This document shows, in pieces, positions 58,764 to 64,000 of a stretch of 64,000 nucleotides of DNA (positions within the stretch are counted from its first letter, which is position 1; each line of letters begins with the position of its first letter). The position numbers were made by a program, and so were the translations under genes. The notes under the pieces are model-generated. The model ran no database searches. It saw only the letters and a list, made by a program, of their open reading frames with translations, and was not told the origin of the DNA. The stretch is from an uncultured Candidatus Binatia bacterium (lineage in GTDB: Bacteria > Desulfobacterota > Binatia > UBA9968 > CAXXLF01). The stretch covers positions 940,323 to 1,004,322 of the forward strand of contig CBDCDW010000005.1 of assembly GCA_965215595.1 (NCBI GenBank), given 5' to 3'.

Positions 58764-60134
58764 TCATTCCAACTCCTTTAGACGCCGCCGGACATTGGAG
58801 GAGGCGGTTCCCCCCGGGGCACGGCGTCGTTCCACAACTTCTTCTAGGGACAGACAACGGTACACGTCCTTTTCGATTTTTGGGCAATACCGTTGCAACT
58901 CCTTAAGTGAGAGATCCTCGATCCTCTGGTGGAATGACAGACAATGGCGGACGATCTTCCCCACCAGTCCATGGGCGGCGCGAAAGCTCATGCCACGGCG
59001 AACCAGGTAATCCGCGAGGTCGGTTGCGTTCATAAACCCATCTTGTGCGGCAGCGAGCATCCTTTCTCTTCTGACCTTCGTCTCCTTTACCAGCTCCGCC
59101 ATCATGGCAAGGCTCGCCTTAACGGTATCCACAGTATCAAATAGCGGAATCTTGTCCTCCTGAAGGTCACGGTTATAGGACAGGGGTAACCCTTTGATCA
59201 CTGTCAGAAGGGCTTGGAGGTGTCCGTACACCCTACCCGTTCGCCCACGGATCAACTCTGGGACGTCGGGGTTCTTTTTCTGCGGCATGATGGAACTTCC
59301 CGTGCAGTATCGGTCCGGAAGCTCGATGAACCCGAACTCCTCACTAGACCACAACACCATCTCCTCGGCAAGACGACTCAAGTGGGCAAAAAGGATGGCC
59401 GAAACAGCGAGGAATTCCAGCACAAAGTCCCGATCACTGACCGCGTCCAAACTATTCTTGGACAACTTGGGGAAACCCAGCAACCTCGCCACATAGGCCC
59501 GATCGATGGGGAAGGTAGTCCCCGCCAATGCCCCCGAGCCCAGGGGCAGTACGTTCACCCGCTTGGCACACTCCCCCGCACGCTCAAGGTCCCGATCCAG
59601 CATTTCCACGTAGGCAAGAAGGTGGTGGGAGAAGAGAATGGGCTGCGCCCGTTGCATGTGAGTGTAACCCGGCATGATCACCTTCAAGTTGCGCTTTGCT
59701 GAGCGCACGAGTTCTGCCTTTAATCGGTTAAGGGCCGTCTGAACGGCCTTTAGCTCCTCCCTGAGATAGAGGCGCATATCCAACGCCACCTGATCATTGC
59801 GGCTCCTGGCAGTATGAAGCTTTCCTGCTGCAGCGCCGATTTTGTGAAAGAGTCGGCGTTCAATATTCATATGAATGTCTTCATCGGTCTGGGAGAAGGT
59901 GAAAGCGCCTCTTTGAATCTCCTTTTCGATGAGGTTAAGGCCCCTAACGATCTTTGCTGCATCTACCCGAGAGATAATCCTCTGGCGGCCGAGCATCCGC
60001 GCATGAGCAATGCTGCCTTCGATATCGTATGCGTACAATCTTTTATCCACAGCAATGGACGAGGTAAAGGCCTCTACGGAGCTTGCCATGGCCTCGTCAA
60101 ATCGTCCCGCCCAGAGCTTTTTCTTTTTCGCCAT
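58764..60134 (-). CDS. argH: Argininosuccinate lyase
   Basis: Fumarate-lyase signature [12 protein letters not shown] is present. 456 aa. Confidence 0.9.
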   Translation of the reverse strand: MAKKKKLWAGRFDEAMASSVEAFTSSIAVDKRLYAYDIEGSIAHARMLGRQRIISRVDAAKIVRGLNLIEKEIQRGAFTFSQTDEDIHMNIERRLFHKIGAAAGKLHTARSRNDQVALDMRLYLREELKAVQTALNRLKAELVRSAKRNLKVIMPGYTHMQRAQPILFSHHLLAYVEMLDRDLERAGECAKRVNVLPLGSGALAGTTFPIDRAYVARLLGFPKLSKNSLDAVSDRDFVLEFLAVSAILFAHLSRLAEEMVLWSSEEFGFIELPDRYCTGSSIMPQKKNPDVPELIRGRTGRVYGHLQALLTVIKGLPLSYNRDLQEDKIPLFDTVDTVKASLAMMAELVKETKVRRERMLAAAQDGFMNATDLADYLVRRGMSFRAAHGLVGKIVRHCLSFHQRIEDLSLKELQRYCPKIEKDVYRCLSLEEVVERRRAPGGTASSNVRRRLKELE

Positions 60135-60154
60135 TGCTAGATTCTCACCGATAG

Positions 60155-60520
60155 AATGTTCAACAGAACGACTTCAACAAGGATTTTCGCGCCAAGACGC
60201 CCCCAGGTTAAAATCCTAAATCCGAAGCACGAAATCCTAAACAAACCGAACCCTTAAATCCAAAATTCGAAATCTAAAACGAAATTGTTTGGAATTTTCT
60301 GTTTTTTGATCATTTGGATTTGTTTCGAATTTCGGATTTCGAGTTTCGAATTTGTATCTTTAATTAAACTTAGCGTCCTCACGTCTTCGCTCCGCTCAGA
60401 ATCTCAGATGCAAAATTTCAGATTTCATATCTGAGATTTGAGATTTGCCATTTGCAATGCGCTTCGCGGGCCTTTGCCCGAGTCATCTTTTTCCCGATTC
60501 CATCATTCAAAATTCTTATG
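60155..60520 (+). repeat. Copy B of the roughly 370 bp structured intergenic repeat (core 60308-60493); fills the whole argG-argH intergenic region
   Basis: See copy A (2446-2815). Confidence 0.8.
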
Positions 60521-60527
60521 GTTAGAC

Positions 60528-61739
60528 TTAACCTCCGGTTTTCTTATTCTTTTGCAGCCGTCGAAGCCTCAGACGCAAGGCGTTTAGTTTTATAAAGCCA
60601 TCCGCATCGGCCTGGTGATAATCGCTATCCTCCTCAAAGGTAGCTACCTTGGGATCATAGAGAGAGGAATTCGATTGCCTTCCAGCCACCGTGGCATTTC
60701 CCTTGTAGAGCTTCAGCCGGACCCGGCCTGTCACATTCTCCTGGGAGCCATCCATGGTTTTTTGCAGGAGCTCCCGCTCCGGGGAAAACCAGTAGCCATT
60801 ATAGACCAACTGTGAATATTTGGGGATCAACGAGTCGCGCAATCTCATGACCTCCCGATCCATGGTGATGGACTCCAGCGCCCGACGTGCCTGGTGCAGG
60901 AGAGTACCTCCAGGGGTCTCATAGACACCGCGTGCCTTCATACCCACGTAGCGATCCTCCACCAGATCCACCCTTCCCACTCCGTGTTTCGCTCCCAGGG
61001 CATTCAAATCGGTGAGTAGTGCAGCCGGGGACTTGGTTGTTCCGTTCAAGGTCACTGGATCTCCACGGCGAAAATCAATCTCAATGTATTCACCGCGATC
61101 AGGCGCCTTCTCGGGTGAAGTGGTCCAGAGAAACATATCGGCGGGTGGTTCCTGCCATGGATTCTCTAGGATGCCCCCTTCGTAGCTAATGTGAAAGAGA
61201 TTTCGGTCGACGCTGTAGGGTCTTTTACGGCTTACCGGGACAGAAATGCCCTGACGCTTCGCATAGGAGATCAAGGACTGGCGCGAGTTAAGATCCCAGA
61301 TCCTCCATGGGGCAATCACCTTCACATCTGGCTTCAATGCGTAGTAGGTCAACTCAAATCGGATTTGATCGTTTCCTTTGCCCGTGGCGCCATGGGCCAC
61401 TGCATCGGCCCTTTCCTTTGCGGCCACCTCCATTTGTCTCCTTGCTATCAAGGGACGGGCAATGGAGGTCCCTAACAGATAGGACCCTTCATAAACTGCG
61501 TTGGCACGCAGCATTGGAAAGATATAATTTTTGACGAACTCTTCCCGCAGGTCATCCACAATGACCTTGCTCGCCCCGGTCTCTTGGGCTTTTCGTCTCA
61601 CTGCCTTCAAGTCTTCCTCTTGCCCGAGATCGGCGCAGTAGGCAACGACGTCGCACTCATACTGCTCCTTGATCCAGCGTAGGCAAACCGAGGTGTCCAA
61701 TCCACCAGAGTATGCCAAGACGACTTTCTTAACCTTCAT
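60528..61739 (-). CDS. argG: Argininosuccinate synthase
   Basis: [10 protein letters not shown]-loop. 403 aa. Confidence 0.9.
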   Translation of the reverse strand: MKVKKVVLAYSGGLDTSVCLRWIKEQYECDVVAYCADLGQEEDLKAVRRKAQETGASKVIVDDLREEFVKNYIFPMLRANAVYEGSYLLGTSIARPLIARRQMEVAAKERADAVAHGATGKGNDQIRFELTYYALKPDVKVIAPWRIWDLNSRQSLISYAKRQGISVPVSRKRPYSVDRNLFHISYEGGILENPWQEPPADMFLWTTSPEKAPDRGEYIEIDFRRGDPVTLNGTTKSPAALLTDLNALGAKHGVGRVDLVEDRYVGMKARGVYETPGGTLLHQARRALESITMDREVMRLRDSLIPKYSQLVYNGYWFSPERELLQKTMDGSQENVTGRVRLKLYKGNATVAGRQSNSSLYDPKVATFEEDSDYHQADADGFIKLNALRLRLRRLQKNKKTGG

Positions 61740-62686
61740 CTACTTCCCTTCTTTTTTTTAGGTAGGGATTCCTTCAACTGTCCCAAAATCCAAACCATGA
61801 TGGCCTTTTGCATGTGGAGGCGATTCTCAGCTTGGTGGAAAACAACGGAGTGAGGGCCTTCCAGCACCTCGTGGGTGATCTCCTCTCCTCGATGGGCGGG
61901 AAGACAATGCATCACCATTGCGTCCTTGTTGGCCATGGCGACCATTGCCTCCGTCACCTGGTAATCATGAAAACTTTTGCGCCTCTCCTCCAGCTCTTTC
62001 TCTTGACCCATGCTTGCCCATACATCGGTGTATATTACATCGGCCCCCCGCACCGCCTCACCCACATCCTGGGTAACCGTCAAATGTGCACCGCTCTCCT
62101 TGGCAGCCCGCGTGATCTCCGGATCTGGCCCATAGTCTCTCGGGCAGGCAAGAAAAAATGAAAACGGAAATTTTTCCGCAGCCAACATCCATGAATGGGC
62201 GATGTTGTTCCCGTCCCCAACGAATGCGATCTTTAACCCTTCCAGACTTCCCTTGCGCTCAAGGAGTGTGAAACAGTCCGCCAGCACCTGGCAGGGATGG
62301 AACCGGTCCGTCAGGCCATTAATTACCGGGACCGAGGCATAACTCGCCATTTCCTTCAGAGTTTCCTGGGCAAAGGTCCGGACCACAATGAGATCCACCC
62401 AACGACTCAAAACCCGGGCACAGTCCATGGGGCTCTCCCGCACTCCAAGATTGATCTCGTCAGGCCCTAAATAAATCGCATGTCCCCCCAGGTGCAAAAT
62501 TCCAGTCTCAAAGCTGACCCGGGTCCTAAGACTTGGCTTTTCAAACACCAAGGCCAAGGTGCGCCCTGCCAACAACCCCGCCTTTCCGCCTGCTGACCTG
62601 CGCTTGAGCTTACGGGTAAGGGACAACAGATCGTTCACTTCCTCTCGACTGAGGTCCCTAAGGCTCAGAAGATCTCTCTTTTTCAT
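61736..62686 (-). CDS. argF: Ornithine carbamoyltransferase
   Basis: STRTR, HPCQ, DVWASMG and HCLP motifs. 4 bp overlap with argG. Confidence 0.85.
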   Translation of the reverse strand: MKKRDLLSLRDLSREEVNDLLSLTRKLKRRSAGGKAGLLAGRTLALVFEKPSLRTRVSFETGILHLGGHAIYLGPDEINLGVRESPMDCARVLSRWVDLIVVRTFAQETLKEMASYASVPVINGLTDRFHPCQVLADCFTLLERKGSLEGLKIAFVGDGNNIAHSWMLAAEKFPFSFFLACPRDYGPDPEITRAAKESGAHLTVTQDVGEAVRGADVIYTDVWASMGQEKELEERRKSFHDYQVTEAMVAMANKDAMVMHCLPAHRGEEITHEVLEGPHSVVFHQAENRLHMQKAIMVWILGQLKESLPKKKKGSR

Positions 62687-62708
62687 GGTTCAGGATGGAG
62701 GCGGCCTT

Positions 62709-63899
62709 TTATTGGCGCGCCAGGACCTTTTCAAAAATTGCCAACCCGCTGTCAATGTCCCGTTTATTTACAATCAAGGGTGGGAGAAAACGCAGAACGT
62801 TATTGTGTCCAGCGCTGGTGATTAATAGTCCAGCTTGAAGGCAATCTGCCACGATTTTACTTGCGTCCCCCTCGATTTCTACCCCCAAGATCAATCCTTT
62901 CCCGCGGATTTCCCTGATAATATCAAAACGTTTCTGAATAGATCGTAGCCCCTGAAAGAGAACCTTGCTCATCTTGACACAGTTTCGTAACACCCCGTCC
63001 CGCACTAGAGTCTTTAGTACAGCGAGGGCCACTGAGCAGACCAAAGGGTTACCTCCAAACGTGGATGCGTGGGTCCCTGGCACGAAGCTATAGGCCACTT
63101 CCTCCTTTGCCAGCATGGCTCCCACGGGAAGCCCTCCTCCCAAGGCCTTTGCCAAGGTCATAATATCCGGTTCCACACCGAAGTGTTCATAGGCAAAGAG
63201 CTTACCCGTACGGCCCATGCCCACTTGGACTTCGTCAAAGATTAGCAGGAGCCCCCTGTTGTCGCACAACTCTCTCAACCCTTGCAGGTATCCCTCCTGG
63301 GGGACCACAACTCCGCCTTCCCCCTGTATAGGTTCCAGTAAAACGGCGGCGGTTTCCGCGCCAATGGCATCTTCCACAGCATCCAAATCGCCGAAGGGGA
63401 CCTGACGGAAACCCTGTGGGAGCGGATCAAACCCCAAACGTACTTTTTCCTGTCCAGTGGCCGTCAAAGTGGCCAAGGTCCTTCCGTGAAACGAGTTCAG
63501 CATGGAGAGGATCTCGTATTTCCCTCCCAGGCGCTCAGCACCATAGCGCCGCACCAGTTTGATCGCGGCCTCGTTCGCCTCAGCACCGCTATTACAAAAA
63601 AAAACCCGATCCGCAAAGGATCGGCGACAGAGGTCTCGGGCAAGTTCCGACTGGGGGGTAATATGATATAGATTGGATACGTGAATGAGGTTCTTCGCCT
63701 GACGTTGGATCGCGCGGACCACTGCTGGATGATTGTGTCCCAGGTTATTGACAGCGATACCAGCGGCAAAATCCAGATACTGTTTGCCGTTCGCATCCCA
63801 GACCTTGATCCCTTTACCCCGCACCAACGCGATGGGGTAGCGCGCATAGGTCTGTGCCACGTACCGATGAGTTAGCTCTATGACATTCTGGTTCTTCAT
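62709..63899 (-). CDS. argD: Acetylornithine aminotransferase (class III PLP aminotransferase)
   Basis: 396 aa. DEVQVGMGRTGK PLP-Lys region. Confidence 0.85.
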   Translation of the reverse strand: MKNQNVIELTHRYVAQTYARYPIALVRGKGIKVWDANGKQYLDFAAGIAVNNLGHNHPAVVRAIQRQAKNLIHVSNLYHITPQSELARDLCRRSFADRVFFCNSGAEANEAAIKLVRRYGAERLGGKYEILSMLNSFHGRTLATLTATGQEKVRLGFDPLPQGFRQVPFGDLDAVEDAIGAETAAVLLEPIQGEGGVVVPQEGYLQGLRELCDNRGLLLIFDEVQVGMGRTGKLFAYEHFGVEPDIMTLAKALGGGLPVGAMLAKEEVAYSFVPGTHASTFGGNPLVCSVALAVLKTLVRDGVLRNCVKMSKVLFQGLRSIQKRFDIIREIRGKGLILGVEIEGDASKIVADCLQAGLLITSAGHNNVLRFLPPLIVNKRDIDSGLAIFEKVLARQ

Positions 63900-63903
63900 C
63901 GTT

Positions 63904-64000
63904 TACTTGAGTACGACTTCCGTCCCGACTCCCGCCTGAGTAAAAATTTCTAACAACACGGCGTGCCTAACCCGACCGTCGATGATGTGGGTTTTCCCCA
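63904..64000 (-). CDS. argB: Acetylglutamate kinase, C-terminal end only (gene runs off the window end)
   Basis: Minus-strand translation ...[31 protein letters not shown] then stop (rc of 63904-63906) resembles ArgB C-termini. Position upstream of argD fits. Confidence 0.4.

Noticed and set aside
2446-60520. Interpreting the two 370 bp direct repeats as attL/attR of a 57 kb integrated element
   Set aside because: The enclosed DNA has background composition and includes core biosynthetic operons (arg, lys/dap, citrate synthase, PFK). No integrase sits at either border.

Overview
This 64 kb bacterial window is about 50-55% GC and almost every gene is on the minus strand. It is a mosaic of a housekeeping backbone and a decayed accessory region. 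The backbone carries an argB(partial)-argD-argF-argG-argH / lysA-dapF-dapA-dapB biosynthetic block, an unusual Rieske / cytochrome b6 / subunit-IV-like / octaheme cytochrome c complex, citrate synthase, a PPi-type phosphofructokinase, sixA, aguBA, and a thiolase-like + DUF35 + acyl-CoA ligase operon. The accessory region (about 32.9-45.1 kb) contains a high-GC island of roughly 4 kb with a non-canonical tRNA-Thr-like gene, gene fragments, a hicAB toxin-antitoxin cassette flanked by 200 bp duplications, an IS-end footprint that inactivates a dienelactone hydrolase gene, and a zntB-like gene bracketed by pqiA-derived repeats. Near the 5' end a composite (nested) IS is present: an IS1634-family element sits inside the transposase gene of a second IS. 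Several features are not explained by plain gene calls. One is an AhpD/CMD-family gene with an in-frame TGA followed by a SECIS-like hairpin, giving a probable Cys-x-x-Sec selenoprotein. Another is a roughly 370 bp structured repeat with a 187 bp near-identical core, present twice in the 5' leaders of two unrelated minus-strand operons. There are also a recurring 45-75 nt intergenic motif in three copies, a 200 bp imperfect hairpin built from CACGAAG repeats, and two apparent frameshifts (an AGCS-family transporter gene at a C5 run, ridA at an ATAT run). I found no CRISPR array and no rRNA. All functional calls rest on motif-level recognition of the translated ORFs and need confirmation by database searches.
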